This document shows, in pieces, positions 26,320-40,362 of a stretch of DNA of 64,000 nt (positions within the stretch are counted from its first letter, which is position 1; each line of letters opens with the position of its first letter). A program made the translations under genes and the position numbers. Source of the DNA: Heptranchias perlo (Eukaryota); the NCBI RefSeq assembly GCF_035084215.1, contig NC_090346.1, forward strand, positions 41,540,001 to 41,604,000, in the 5' to 3' direction. Under the pieces are notes generated by a model, which did not search any database, had not been told where the DNA came from, and saw only the letters and a list, made by a program, of their open reading frames with translations.

Positions 26320-28790
26320 AGTTATATCGGCGACCTGGATATTTAAAGTCAATATAAAGTCTAAACTGCATAAATGCTGCTAAGGACTGGAAGGTGGCTA
26401 ATGCAACACCCCTCTTGAAAAAAATGAGACAGGGATAAGCCAGGAAATTATAAGCCAGTTAGTCTTACTTTAGCTGTTGGTAAACTACAAGAGTCTATAA
26501 TATGGGATGAAATTATTAAGTACTTAAGTTAATCAGGGCCAGTCAGTACAAATCTCTAAAGGGCAGGTTGGGCTTAACCAATCACATAGTATTTGAAGAA
26601 ATATCAAAGGATAAAGGAATACAGTGGATATAGTTTTTCAAAATGCATTTGATATGGTAACACAAGAGACTTATGCCAAAGAGAATAACACATGGAATTA
26701 AGGGGGATGTGGTAACAGATAGAGAGATGGTTGGAGGGCAGAAAATATAGGGTAGGGGTAAAGGGATGTTTAAGAACACAAGAAATAGGAGCAGGAGGAA
26801 ACTGAACGGCCCCTCAAGCCTGCTCCGATATTTAATACTATCATGGCTGATCATCTATCTCAACTCCACTTTCCCGCCCAATCCCCATAATCCCTTGATT
26901 CCCTTTGAGTCCAAAAATCTATCAATCTCAGCCTTGAATACACTCAATGACTCAGCATTCACAGGGGTAGTGGATTCCAAAGAGTCACAACCCTCAGTGA
27001 AGAAATTTCTCATCTCATCTCAGTCTTAAATGGCCGACCCCTAGTTCTAGACTCTCCAGCCAGGGGAAACCACCTCTCCGCATCTACCCTGTCAAGCCCC
27101 TGCAGAATCTTGTATGTTTTAATGAGATCACCTCTCATTCTTCTAAACTCCAGGGAGTATAGGCACATTCTACTCAATCTCTCCTCATAGGACAACCCTC
27201 TCATCCCAGGAATCAATCTAGTGAACCTTCGTTGCACTGCCTCTAAGGGGACTGTATCCATCCTTAGATAAAGGAGACCAAAACTGTACATAGTACTCCA
27301 GGTGTGGTCTCACTAAGACCCTATACAACTGTAGCAAGACTTCCTTGCTCTTGTACTCCAACCCCCTTGCAACAAATGCCAACATACCATTTGCCTTCCT
27401 AATTGCTTGCTGTACCTGCATGGTAGCTTTGTGTTTTGTGTTCGAGGACACCCAGATCTCTCTGAACACCAACATTTAATAGTTTCTCACCATTTAAAAA
27501 ATAGTTTTTCTTTTCTTCCTACCAAAGTGAATAACTTCACATTTCCTCACATTATACTCTATCTGCCACCTTCCTGCCCACTCATTTAATCTCACTATAT
27601 CCCTTTGCAGACTCCTCACAGCTTATTTTCCCACCTAGCTTTGTATCATCAGCAAACTTGGATACATTATACTCAGTCCCTTCATCTAAGTCATTAATAT
27701 AGATCGTAAATAGCTGAGGCCCAAGCACTGATCATTGCAACACCCCACTGGTTACAGCCTGCCAATCTGAAAATGACCCGTTTATTCCTACTCTCTGTTT
27801 TCTGTCCGTTAACCAATCTTCTACCCATGCTAATATATTACCCCCAACCCCATGAGCCCTTATCTTCTGTAACAACCTTTTGTGTGGCACGCATGCCTTT
27901 TGAAAATCCATATAGACTAGACTCACTGGTTCCCCTTTATTTACCCTGCTAGTTACATCCTCAAAAAAGGTTTCTTGGACTGGTAGTGGTGTTGTGGCCA
28001 CTCATTTGCTATATACGCGAGTGAATTTGCCATAGTAGTCAAGGGAACAATGAGTGAAAGTTGCCAATGTCACCAAATGGGAGTGGGGGTGGCATGGCAA
28101 ATTGTGATCAGGACTGTAAAATACTGCAGGAGGATACAGAAAAGCTAGCACGATGGATAGAGCGGCTCAATGTAAAGAAACGTCAAGAATCTAGAAAAGC
28201 AGGGAGGCAATAGTGAACTTACACAAAATCTTAGTTGATCCGCAGTTGTAGTATTGTGCAAAGCTTAGGGTTCAAAGGATATGAAAGCAATGGAAAAGGT
28301 ACAGCATAGATTCACTAGCGTATTAACAAGCATGAGATGTTAGTTATGGAGCAACACTTGAGAAGCTTACAGAAGATAAGGGCTCATGGGGTTGGGGGTA
28401 ATATATTAGCATGGGTAGAGGATTGGTTAACGGACAGAAAACACAGTAGGAATAAACGGCTTTTTTCACTGCAGCTTATAAGGTTGAGGGCATGAAGAAT
28501 ATATTAGGGTAAATAGCAATTGGTTGACATTGTTTCCATCAGTTAGATAGCAACAAGACCAAAAAAATAAAATCTCAAAAAAGAATTTAAAAAAGGTCAG
28601 AAAACTTATTTGGACAGTGGTTAGAGTGTGAAATTATCTGCTATAATTATTGCAGCAAAATCCAAAAAGTATTTTCAAAGGGAATTAGATGGGTGCTTGA
28701 TGAAGAGTAAGAAGCAGAATGAGATTAGACTAGATGGCGTGTAAGGAAAAACACTATAGCAGACTTGATGGACCATCTGTGTCTCTTCAA
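26320..28790. mobile_element. Old CR1 (+) interrupted by a younger CR1 (-, ~26772-27970)
   Basis: DWKVANATPL/PGNYKPVSLT remnants on +; RPHLEYYVQFWSP and MDFQKA on -. Confidence 0.75.
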
Positions 28791-31645
28791 TAGATAGTTG
28801 TGACTGGATTAGAAGTCATAATTGACGTGCAAGGTGAATTTTAGAAGATCGAGGAAAATGTGGCTAAAGCAAAATAATTTAAGCTCAGGGGAGAAAAACA
28901 TTTAAAATATAAAAACTGAAATAAAAGAAACTCAGAACAAGGAAACCAACGAGAAGAGAAATGTTAATTGAACGCAACACTTCCAAGTTGGTTAAAAAGG
29001 TAGGGAAAAAAGGCTAATGTGTGAGGGACTAAAGGAAGTGCCAGTCAGCAGTCATGGTGCACAATCTTCCTAAACTTACTATGTAAATAGGTCTTAAAGA
29101 AGGGGCACTTTAATATAAGAATCTACAAATCCCATTTTATTCCCTTTGTTACCATGTTACTATATTAACAGCAGTCAAGTTACTCAGGCAGTAATCAAGT
29201 CTTAAAGCCTTGGAGCCTCATCTGTTCTACTGGGCTGCTTTTTTCAGTCTGCTGAATTTTCAGCTTCAAACCACAGCAAACTGAACAAAACCTCCAAGTT
29301 TTATTCAAATTTTTAGTCACACCAGAATCAAATTTGCATTCGTTTATTTTTTGTGGATTCTCTGCTACTTAGCACTCTGGAAATTTACTGGTTGTTAAGA
29401 TATGTAGAATACTGTAGCCCTAGGCCTGATATCTCTGATGGATATCTGGATAAAACACGTGTGCCGCAGCAACAGACCATTAGCCAGCAATCTGTGGAGT
29501 TAGGTTTGCCTGACTATATACTGGAAAATCTAATCATCAGGTTTACTGTCAATGCTATGTGCCTGATCTATACTAAACCAATCTGATGACTTGGCTAACA
29601 AGAGGGGAGGGGCCAACAAAGAGGGACTGGGCTTCCTACATAAAGAAAATATCAGGTTAGAAAGAATGTATTCTGGGGCAAAATAAAGTCATGCACAGAA
29701 TACTCCTGGCACCTCTTGCTGTTAAAATCCCAGTACACAAATGTTATTTTTATTTGAAATTTGACTACCACAAACGTATTTGTACCACGTTAGCAATAGA
29801 TAACTGCCTAGATTAACACACAGGCATCATATTTGCACATTTACACAAGAATTGGAAAATAAAAATGTGGTATTCATTAAGTTGAGGAATATCAATGCAT
29901 AGAATGGAAAATTATTTCACATTTTGCACCCAATATCAGTATGAAATAACGCCAGATCAAACAACATGAAAGTACCGCTAAACTGCCCTAGAATGTAGCT
30001 CAAATTCAACGTCAAAGATCATCTCTTATTAAGTCAGCGTTTCGACCGGCAATTTAGAGTAAACACTGAACTGTGGTCATATGTACAATTTAAACCCTTA
30101 ACTTTAAATGCTTACCTTCTATGAAACCCTACAGCAATCTCCTAACCCTGGAGTAAACCTTCATTTCACGAGGAACTTTATTCTACCAGTCTGGACTGAG
30201 CTTGGATCCAGATTTAGAAGTATTATACAGTGTTACTCAGTCCCTGTTAGACAAATATAGTCCTAGATAATTTTCCCAAAGAATAGAGTATATTGTCTGA
30301 AGGTGCCTAGGTAACAGATTAAACTTGAAAACAGACAGCCATAAAGACTGGCATTTCAGCAACTCAGGAATGACATGCACCCCCAATTACAGAAGCAGGC
30401 CCAATGGAAAGAAGAAGTCTTGAACTGTGAGAGGCAAAGGTAAGCATCGTCATGGTACACTTAATTTTAAACTTTGCTATAAAATGGAGAAAAACTGGAC
30501 AAAACATAAAAGGGTCAATGCATATTGAAATTTTGTAATCTTGGCCCACCAAGATTACAAAATCTCACTTCACACATGTAAGCATCCAGGAGCCCAACTG
30601 CAAGGTCAAAAGTATTGAATGAAGATATCCCTGACACATTCCTGAAAACACATTGGAATAAAGGGAAAGAACTATTTGGTGACAACTATTGACTGAGGAG
30701 GGGGGAGAAAAGCCATGTAGCCAGAATCAGGACTTCATGAATTGTGTCAAGAAGATGCTGGACATTAGTCATTCCAGTGCCTTCCACAAATGAACATCTG
30801 CTGATCGGGATGAATCATTTTATCAATTATTGTTCAGAATGGTTGCCAATTTATTGGCGAAGAACTTACTGTCACAATTCAATAATATCAGTCTGTTAGT
30901 GGTACAGTTCAGAAGATTCTTACTTTTTTCAGAGAGATAGAAGCATCTCTCCAAGCAAGGCCTTGATAATACTAAGCAGAAAGAAAACTAATTTAGGGAG
31001 AAAATTTTTTCTAAAAGTCAGCTTGGAAGCCATTTGGGTTTAGTATTTACCAGACTGCGACAGTTCAAGAGTTCAAAAATCCTTAGCGAAGGTGATGGAA
31101 GAGTTCAGACAGGAGAAGGGCATGCCTGTCAGCCAAGTATTCTGGTAACAGCAGGCAAAAAGCACCACTTGACAGAGTGCAAAATAAAAACAGCAAAACA
31201 CAGAATTAGTATCTGTAGGTGAAGCAAGCTCAGAACAATTCCTTGAGTTCACTGCCAAGACAAGGCAAAATCTCCACTGCTTGCTGACAACATCTATAGT
31301 AGTCATATCAATATGGACTGTTTCCATTTTAAAAAACTTCTTTAATAGTGTACACAGCATGGAGTTTGGTGGGGGGGGGGGGTCAATAACAGCATTACAT
31401 TGTGATTTTGACACAGAAATACCACCAGAGGTTTAATCAAACTGGTTAAAAGTATAAAAATCAACTTGCAAGAGGTTTCCTATTCCATTCCACCAGAACA
31501 GAAATATTCCTAAACTACCAAGGAAATGTCTTGATATTTAACTAGTAGGCATTTATTACATGAAAACTTCCACTATTGATTCCCAAGATCAATCAGTTTA
31601 TTGCATCTGAATACAAGTCCAAAAAAAAAAGAGAAATATGACAAT

Positions 31646-31778
31646 CAAAAGCAAAATACCGCAGGTGCGGGAAATCTGAAATAAAAACAGAAAATGCTGG
31701 AGAAGCTCAGCAAGTCAGGCAGCATCTGTGGAAAAAAAGTGTTAACATTGCAGGTTGAAGACCATTTGTCAGAACTGG
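31646..31778 (-). mobile_element. Degenerate Penelope-like terminal repeat
   Basis: aaacagaaaatgctgga..ctcagcaagtcaggcagcatctgtgg pattern with a decayed hammerhead-like core on the reverse strand; family assignment from recall. Confidence 0.45.
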
Positions 31779-33099
31779 TTCTACAAGTATACCTACTGAT
31801 TGGTATTTTCAGAAGTTTGAATTTTGTTTCGTCCCACACCAAGTGAATCACGACACACCATAGAAAATACTTCCACAAAATGCTCTTTGGCATTAGCAGT
31901 TAGAAAGAAATTTCAAAAATAAAACCACCCGTGACTCTACTACTAAAGTAAAGATAGGGACCCAGTGACACATCACAACACCATTCATTACCATAGGTCA
32001 AGTCTCTGTTCATGGGCACTTTATCTGGACACATTAGTTTTATTCTGCTGTGCCACAATTTCTTGTTCAAGGGGCAACCAATAAAAGATCTCAACTCTTT
32101 AACTTTTTAAAGTGATTGCATCTGGAATAAAACCAGATGCAACATAATAAATTCGACAGAAACTGCACTCTTATTCTGCTAAAAAAAAAACCCTGCATTT
32201 TATTGGGAGCTACATTTGAACTACTCCGATAACTTCACAGACTTATTACCAGAGTACAGGTGAATGAAGATGGCACAGCAGCTCACCTAAACTGACAGCT
32301 CATCTGATCAGGCAGCAACATGACCTCGTCACCTAGAAATGGCGGGGGGTCACGCACTCAACGTATGAACGGACGTGTAAAGCTGTTCAGGTGTGAATTG
32401 TGCATTTATTTTAAATATACTTGAACAAAGCCGTAGGGGAAAAAAAAAGGTGCGCACCGCGACAATAGAAGGCGTTTGCTGCGGCACGACTTAAAATTGA
32501 TTTGAAAAAGATGTCGCACATTGTTGAACAGTTAACCAATATGTATTTGCCCACTCTTGATTTTGAGCTACAACAAAAAAAAAACAGTCCCAATAAAAAG
32601 GATTCTCCTTTGTGTTTTGCATTGTGTTGATGCACAACAGCTGTTTCCCTCCCTCTCCAAATTACATGGCTATTTTAAGTTTATAGTTGCTGATATAATT
32701 CGTTGTAATTGGGTTTATCAGCCAGCTGAGGATTTTCAACACAGGAATGTTCTGGAAAACGTTTAGCTTTCCTGAGAGAGAGAAAAAAAAAGACACACAC
32801 ACACACACACAGACCGCTGCACAAACCAGGGGGGAGGCGAGCCTGTGAACCCAGCCCCCGGGATCCGCAGGCCTCAAACACACGCACACACACACACAAA
32901 AAAAAACACCACAGAAAGCGCCTCCATCTGCAACCCCTCGGCAACAGCTTTATAAAAACGTTCATTTGTATTCAACAGTCACCCACCTTGGTTAACACCC
33001 TTTCTCTGCGGGTAATGTTGCGCAGCTTCCAACCTAATCACTACCGGACTCAACCTAAACAAGGTTTTTTTAAAATTATCTTCTTCTTCTTCTCAACCA

Positions 33100-33500
33100 A
33101 ACGTGAATCCCCGCCCCCCTGTCACCCCGCCCCCAGCCCGTCTCCAATACGTCTCTCAGAGACCAAACGTCATGACAATCTCTTCAATGAGTGGACAATG
33201 CGCACGTCAATCGTTGACCCTTTTCAAGTTGATGCGATCTGCGCGGGCGCGGGCGCGGGACAGCTGCGTTCGCGCGCTTTTTAAGGTGGGAATTGTTTGA
33301 AAAAAAAAGTGCACGCGGGAACGTGGACGCGGACGCGACGCCACGTCACGTGATGCGCTGGACGTTGACTGGAAGTGAACAACATGGAGGCCGTGGAAGG
33401 TAATAAAGCTTCACGGGTCTGGGTGATAAGCGCCCTGTGGTGAAAGTGAGGTGCGCTTGGGGTGAGACCGGATACCACTGCCGCGGAAAGGATAGACGCA
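33100..33500. promoter_or_regulatory. CpG-island bidirectional promoter shared by SPSB3 (-) and NUBP2 (+)
   Basis: The main CpG-dense non-repeat stretch of the window; GC-box-like ccccgccccc, E-box GTCACGTGA (33345-33353), ETS-like GGAAGTG (33371-33377) just before the NUBP2 ATG; head-to-head gene arrangement. Possible SPSB3 5'UTR donor CAAG|GTGGGT on the minus strand at 32986. Confidence 0.75.
33384..33399 (+). CDS. NUBP2: NUBP2 coding exon 1 (MEAVE + 1 nt)
   Basis: aacATGG Kozak context, donor AAG|GTAATA; 16 nt, phase 1, fits the next exon; resembles the NUBP2 start MEAAAE. Confidence 0.8.
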
Positions 33501-34680
33501 CCTGACTGAATCCGATCCAGTTATATTTTGGGGTTTTATAAGTAGATGCGGAGGGCTGGTGTCGGTGAGGGGGTAATGTAAAGTCCCAATACACTGGCCA
33601 GCGGGCTCCTCTCAGTTAACGAAATGGTGGTTTTTAAATATGTCATTTTAAATGAACGAATCTTGGTGCCCTAAGTAATGAACCGCCCCCCCCCCCCCGA
33701 ACGTAAAAATTGGACGTAAATCAGCGTAAATAAACAGCCCAAGGGAAAAGTCAAACTCACCATGGCCTGGAATTTCCTGCCTATTTGGGCCCAGCGACAC
33801 GCGCAAATCACATACGCGGCCTAAGGTTGAGGAATTTTGGGCGTGAGTTTCGCCGTAACTATTATACGTCTTTAACGTCTCTCCCATTCCAACTCTGATC
33901 GCTCTTACACTGCTCCAACCAAGCTCAACGCAACCTTCAGGAACAGTGTCTCATCTCTCCCCTGGGCATTCTGAAGCCTTCTGATATGAACATTAACTTT
34001 AGTAACTTTTGATCTTAACTATGCCCTCATTTTCTTTTTAGGAAGTGGTGCTTTGGTGTTTAGTGGTACTGTCAGTACCTGGAGGAGGTGGGTTGACACT
34101 TTGGTTGTAAAGCCTCCATCGGAACTTGGCCTTGTTGGGGGGTTCTGCACTCAGCCTGTTGGCTTTTTTTCCTGTTTAGGACTGATAGCTCTATTGTGTA
34201 GGGGCCAACATGTCTTAGTTTTGTTTCAGACTTCCAGTATTTTTTTTTTTCAATTCTGTTCCCCATTTTTGTGGCTTTTTCCTTGTGGATTTTCCCATGC
34301 TTTTCACTTGCTGCTATTTGTAGGTTCTTTTGTCCTTAAAGCCTTTTGCATTGCCTCAGTGAGATCTTTTAAGTCAACTAATGTGTTCCTGCTTTTCTAT
34401 TAAGTTTGTAGGTCATTCAACCTATTATTTTCTTCTTGGGGATTGGAATATTTGTAATCTCTTTTCCTTCCCACCCTTTCCTTTTTTTTCTCCTACAAAG
34501 GGGCTTCTAGTTTTAGGTTCTGAGGCAGGGTATACACCTGAATGTTAGCTTGTCTTTTCTCTTCACAGATACTGACAGAATTCTCTACCACAGAAGGCAG
34601 TGGAGGCTAAGTCACTGAATATATTTAAGAAGGAGCTAGATAGATTTCTAGACAAAAAAGGCATCAAGGGGGTATGGGGA

Positions 34681-36003
34681 ACATAAGAACATAAGAAATA
34701 GGAGCAGGAGTAGGCCAATCGGCCCCTCGAGCCTGCTCTGCCATTCAATAAAATCATGGCTGATCTGATCCTAACCTCAAATCTAAATTCATGTCTAATT
34801 TCCTGCCCGCTCCCTGTAACCCCTAATTCCCTTTACTTCTAGGAAACTGTCTATTTCTGTTTTAAATTTATTTAATGATGTAGCTTCCTGGGGCAGCAAA
34901 TTCCACAGACCTACTACCCTCTGAGTGAAGAAGTTTCTCCTCATCTCAGTTTTGAAAGAGCAGCCCCTTATTCTAAGATTATGCCCCCTAGTTCTAGTTT
35001 CACCCATCCTTGCGAACATCCTTACCGCATCCACCCGATCAAGCCCCTTCACAATCTTATGTGTTTCAATAAGATCGCCTCTCATTCTTCTGAACTCCAA
35101 TGAGTAGAGTCCCAATCTACTCAACCTCTCCTCATATGTCCACCCCCTCATCCCCGGGATTAACCGAGTGAACCTTCTTTGTACTGCCTCGAGAGCAAGT
35201 ATGTCTTTTCTTAAGTATGGAGACCAAAACCGTATGTAGTATTCCAGGTGCGGTCTCACCAATACCTTATATAACTGCAGCAATACCTCTCTGTTTTTAT
35301 ATTCTATCCCCCGAGCAATAAAAGCCAACATTCCGTTGGCCTTCTTGATCACCTGCAAACTAACGTTTTGATTTTCTTGCACGAGGACCCCCAGATCCCT
35401 TTGTACTGCAGTACTTTCCAGTTTCTCGCCATTAAGATAATAACTTGCTCTCTGATTTTTCCTGCCAAAGTGCATAACCTCACATTTTCCAATATTGTAT
35501 TGCATCTGCCAAATCTCCGCCCACTCACCCAGCCTGTCTATATCCCCTTGTAGGTTTTTTATGTCGTCCTCACTCTCTACTTTCCCTCCCATCTTTGTAT
35601 CATCTGCAAACTTTGATATGTTACACCCGGTCCCCTCCTCCAAATCATTAATATAGATTGTAAAGAGTTGGGGACCCAGCACCGACCCCTGCGGAACACC
35701 ACTGGCTACAGGTTGCCAGTCCGAGAATGTACCGTTTACCCCAACTCTCTGCTTCCTGTTAGATAACCAATCCTCCACCCATGCCAGAATATTACCCCCA
35801 ATTCAGTGATTCTTTATCTTGAGCAATAATCTTTTATGTGGCACCTTGTCGAATGCCTTCTGGAAGTCCAAATACACTACGTCCACTGGTTCCCCTTTAT
35901 CCACCCTATACGTTATATCCTCAAAGAACTCAAGCAAATTTGTCAGACATGACTTCCCCTACGTAAAGCCATGCTGACTTTGTCCTATTAAATTATGTTT
36001 ATC
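34681..36003 (-). mobile_element. Young CR1 LINE 3' portion (327-aa open RT segment) nested in a CR1 (+) tail at 34578-36124, in NUBP2 intron 1
   Basis: ORF 34795..35778 with [23 protein letters not shown]; outer element bounded by direct repeat tgacaga (34573-34579, 36124-36130). Confidence 0.88.
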
Positions 36004-37274
36004 AGTGCGGGAGAGTGCGGGAATGTGGTATTGAGATAGAGGATCAGCCGTGATCATATTGAATGGTGGAGCAGGCTCGAAGGGCCGAATGGCCTACTCC
36101 TGCTCCTATTTTTGATGTTTCTATGACAGACCTGATGTATATTCCCAGCATTTTCTGTTTCTATTTCTGGAAGTCCTGGGTGTTTGATAACACTCCTGTG
36201 ACGTGCCTTGAGACATTTTACTGTGTTAAAGGTACAATATGACTTCAAGTTGTTATTCCACTACTGATTCATGCTGATCCTTGCTGGGGCAAGTAGTTGT
36301 GGTGCTTCAGTTATTCATGGTGCCCCTGAGTTAAGGAGGGATAAATTGGCTATTATTCCTGCTTCTCATTGCTACCTAGTCACTCCTGCTGAAAGAACAC
36401 TGGTGTGGATGTTGGATGAGAACGGGATAGAGCTTCACTGCGATATTCCCTTCAGTTAAACAGCTTGCCGATGCTGACTGTGTCCATGTGTGAAAAATGA
36501 TAATTTAGCTGAGATACCAAAGGGAGTACAGCACCAGCATCTGCGGAGTGTACCCAGTCAAGAATCAGCACTATCAGAAGAGGAGAGGGATTTTTTTAAA
36601 GTGGGTGCAAAAGGATAATTTAATTGTAAATGAATATCTTTTTTTATAATTTAGAGGAGCACTGTCTTTGTAAAACAAAAAAAGCAGTAGATTTAATTCC
36701 TGTTTGGGGAGGGAGAAAACCAAATATCATTTTGATCCTGATACTATCATTTGGAAGCAATACATTGGAAGTAATTATTGCAGTTTTAAGTAATTGTATT
36801 GCTTGTAAACAAAACACCTGAAGATAATTCTGCTTTAATGTGGAGCATTTTTCTGCATCTTGCTGTGAATTCTGAGGCTCAGATTATAAATCCTATTCCC
36901 TATTTCTTCATAATATCCTTTATATCTTGTTCATTACAGTTAGTGATAATCTTCTGCTATGAGATGTAGAATGCTGCGACTGTTTTGCATTTGAAAATTC
37001 TCAGCTAAACACTAATCGAGCTGCTGTTAAATGTACACAATTTTAGTAGCTTACTCTGTGCCAGAAGTATAAGATCAAGCAAGCTGGCAGTCCTGATTGT
37101 TTAGTGTGTATGTGCATTGTATAGTACTGAGCTGTGTAGTCCAGGAAGGTTCCAGGTTGAATCACTGATCTGTACAAGGGGGCACAGTGTGCTGCAGTGC
37201 ATTTCGGCAAAAGTGGGCTGAAGTCAGTCAAGATACCAGCTTCAGATTGCTATCCAACAACCATGGGTAGAAGT

Positions 37275-38220
37275 TCATAGTATCATAGGTACAGCAATAC
37301 AATTACTTAAAACTGCAATAATTACAAGGAGGAAGCCATTTGGCCCATTGTGCCAGTAGCAGCTCTGAAAGAGCTATTCAATTAGTCCCATTCCCCTGCT
37401 CTTTCCCCGTAGCCCTGAACATTTTTCTCCCTTCGAGTATTTATCTAATTCCCTATTGAATCTGTTTCCACCACCCTTTCAGGCAGTGCAGTCCAGATCA
37501 TTACAACTCGCTGCATTAAAAAAAATGTTTGCTCATGTTGCTTCTGGCTCTTTTGCCGATCACCTTAAATCTGTGTCCTCTGGTTACTGACTCTTCTGCC
37601 ATGGGAAACAGTTTCTCCTTATTTACTCTATTAAAACCGTTCCTGATTTTGAACACCTCTATCAAATCTACCCTTAATCATCTCTGTTCTAAGGAGAACA
37701 ACACCAGCTTCTCCCATCTCTCCACATAACTGAAGTCCCTAATCCCTGGTACCATTCTAGTCAATCTCTTCTGCACCCTCTCTAAGGCCTTGACATCCTT
37801 CCTAAATTGTGGTACCCAGAATTGAACACAATACTCCAGCTGAGGCCTAACCAGTGTTATATAAAGGTTTAGCATGAATGTGAATATTAATTTTGGTTGT
37901 GATACTCCCCAAAGTCAAAGAGCACTCCGTGTCCTGTGGCTTGTTAGAATTTTAGCTATGAGGAAAGATTGGATAGGCTGGGTTGTTCTCTTCGGAACAG
38001 AGGAGGTAGGGATCTGGAACTCACTACCTGAAAGGATGGTGGAGGCAGAAACCCTCAACTCATTTAAAAAGTACCTGGATGTGCACCTGAAGTGCTGTGA
38101 CCCACAAGGCTATGGACCAAGTGCTGGAAAGTGGGATTAGTCTGGGTGGCTCATTTTTGGCTGGCGCGAACATGATGGGCCAAATGGCCTCTCTCTGTGC
38201 CTTAAATTTTCTATGATTCT
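37275..38220. mobile_element. Two CR1 3' fragments back to back (- 37275-37880; + ~37920-38220)
   Basis: RPQLEYCVQFW..LERVQKRLTRM on -; IWNSLPERMVEAETL and a ctatgattct tail on +. Confidence 0.75.
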
Positions 38221-38755
38221 CTGACTTTCTACTTGAACAAGGTACCACAAGTTTTCCAATACCCTAGTAAGAGTTACCATCTTCAGGGGAGGAAGGGAGA
38301 AAATTGAGGTGGCAAAATAAAAATCTGAACAAGATGTAAAGAGTACTGTATAGGAACTTGTTGAGTGGTGTTACTTACTTCCATACCTTCAGTATCCTTT
38401 TTTTCAATAGCTGTGTAGGTCTATATTTAAAAACAAACTTGGAGGAAGAAAGACATGAGGATCTACTTAAAATATTTGTATGAAATCCTTAGGACATATG
38501 GAGTAAGGTGACATAAATCAGTGCAAATTCTCTGCCATGAGAGTGGGATCTCTTGCCTGGATATGAGTCTGAACAGCTCTAGCAACAGAAACCCAGTAGT
38601 ACAGCAGTTGTGAAATATATAAGGACCTCAGTATTTTGAAACCATTGGACTTGGCCCATACTTATTCTTCCCCTAAGTTCGGCTGCGTCTTGATCTGTTT
38701 AATTTGCTAAAATGTACTTGATTTTAATAATGTACTTTATCTCTTATTTACAAAG

Positions 38756-38868
38756 ATAACCTAGCCTCTGTTGATCACATCCTTCTGGTTCTTTCTGGCA
38801 AAGGAGGAGTTGGGAAAAGCACCATAACAACAGAGTTAGCACTTGCACTGAGGAATGCAGGGAAAAAG
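38756..38868 (+). CDS. NUBP2: NUBP2 exon 2 (P-loop [10 protein letters not shown])
   Basis: Reads [38 protein letters not shown], the deviant Walker A of the Mrp/NBP35 family; acceptor acaaAG, donor AAG|GTAAGA. Confidence 0.93.
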
Positions 38869-40362
38869 GTAAGATAAAACAAATGTAGATAAGATGTCGA
38901 ATATTCTACTAATGCTCAACAAAAATGATCATATGTCGTTATATATGAAGGGTATTAGTTTTTTTAAAAGGTCCCTTTTCTGTCACATGATAATCTCAAT
39001 GCTGAGTCCATTAAGGGCAAAACATGACGGCAGAAAAGAAACGGCCGTGCAAAACCTGGTGATGGTAACAAAAGAAACAAATCCAAATTAAAGAAGTTTA
39101 AGCCTTTTCTGCTCATCGTGCCTATGCAACTGCCAGCTCTGCGCCAGAGGTATTAACTCTAGTCTAATCTTCCAGCTCTTTCTAAAATATAACTTATAAA
39201 GTCACTGGCACTATTTTTGAAGCTGTTTTCTTCTGAACTTTGTTCCACATCATACAGTATTCCCCAACCATTAGGGCACACAACTGCTTCCTAAACCTGT
39301 TCCTGAGCAATCAACTAGGGCGTATGCAAGATTGTTCAGCACCTCGAGACCAGTCTAATTGAAACAAAGAACTCACTGTTGAAAATTACAATGTTTAAGG
39401 CAATCCTTTGTTCCAGCAGTCTACAGTGCAACTACGTAGTTTGCCACCATGAAATACTTCCAGGTCACTGTTGCCAGAGCATTTCTGATTTGCTGGCAGA
39501 AGCAATCTAAAATTTTTGTTTTTGTCAAATTTGCTTTAAATCTCATCAGAGGGAAAAGAAAGTGGGACATAACTAAGAAAAAATTAAATGTTTAAAATAC
39601 TTATTTTTAAAAAAACTTATTTAAAAAAAAATGTAAATTCAAAAAGAAAAGAATACAAATGTTAGAATCCTTTTGTGTTCTTTCCAAATGCTTATCCAAT
39701 TCACTTTTAAATTTAGTTTCTGTCTCAATAGCTACTTATGGTAAAACATTCCATATTCCAATAATGCTCTGAAAAAAATTCTAGCTTCCCTCTTTTTTCT
39801 GTAAATCTTGAGCCTGATTTGAATGAGTAATAATTTTTCACTATGTACTCTCTGAAATCCTTGAATAATTTTGAAAACCTCTAATTGATCTTTTCCCCTC
39901 ATTTAGCCTTCTCTATTCCAGTGATAAAACCCCTAGTTTCCTCATACCCCTAGTAACCTCTACTCTTGGTATCATTCTAGTTAATCCCTGCTGTACCCAA
40001 TGCAGGGTTCTAATATTCTTCATATAATGGAGTACCCAGAACTGCACACAAGACCTGGGAGTGGGCAAAGTATCCTTTGACTTGCAAACAACATTTCAAG
40101 ATTAGTTAACAAAATCAAATAACTTTGAATTCCTTGCTGTTCCATGTTTAATGCAGCTTGCATTTTAACACACTATAGCAGAGTGACTGAGATTTTTTTG
40201 AGACCCATTGATTCTGTAATACATAAAGAAGTTTTAATTTTGTGAAAAAGTTGAAGGTATGTAATCAAAATATTCACTGCATTTAATAATAAATGACAAG
40301 CTCCATTCTAAGGTTGACTCTTTTTCCAACAATGACCAATTCCTCTAGGTTTTAGTATCTGT

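Noticed and set aside
32793-32897. ORFs over (CA)n tracts (32662..32895, 32681..32965)
   Set aside because: CVCVCV translations come from microsatellites in the probable SPSB3 first intron.
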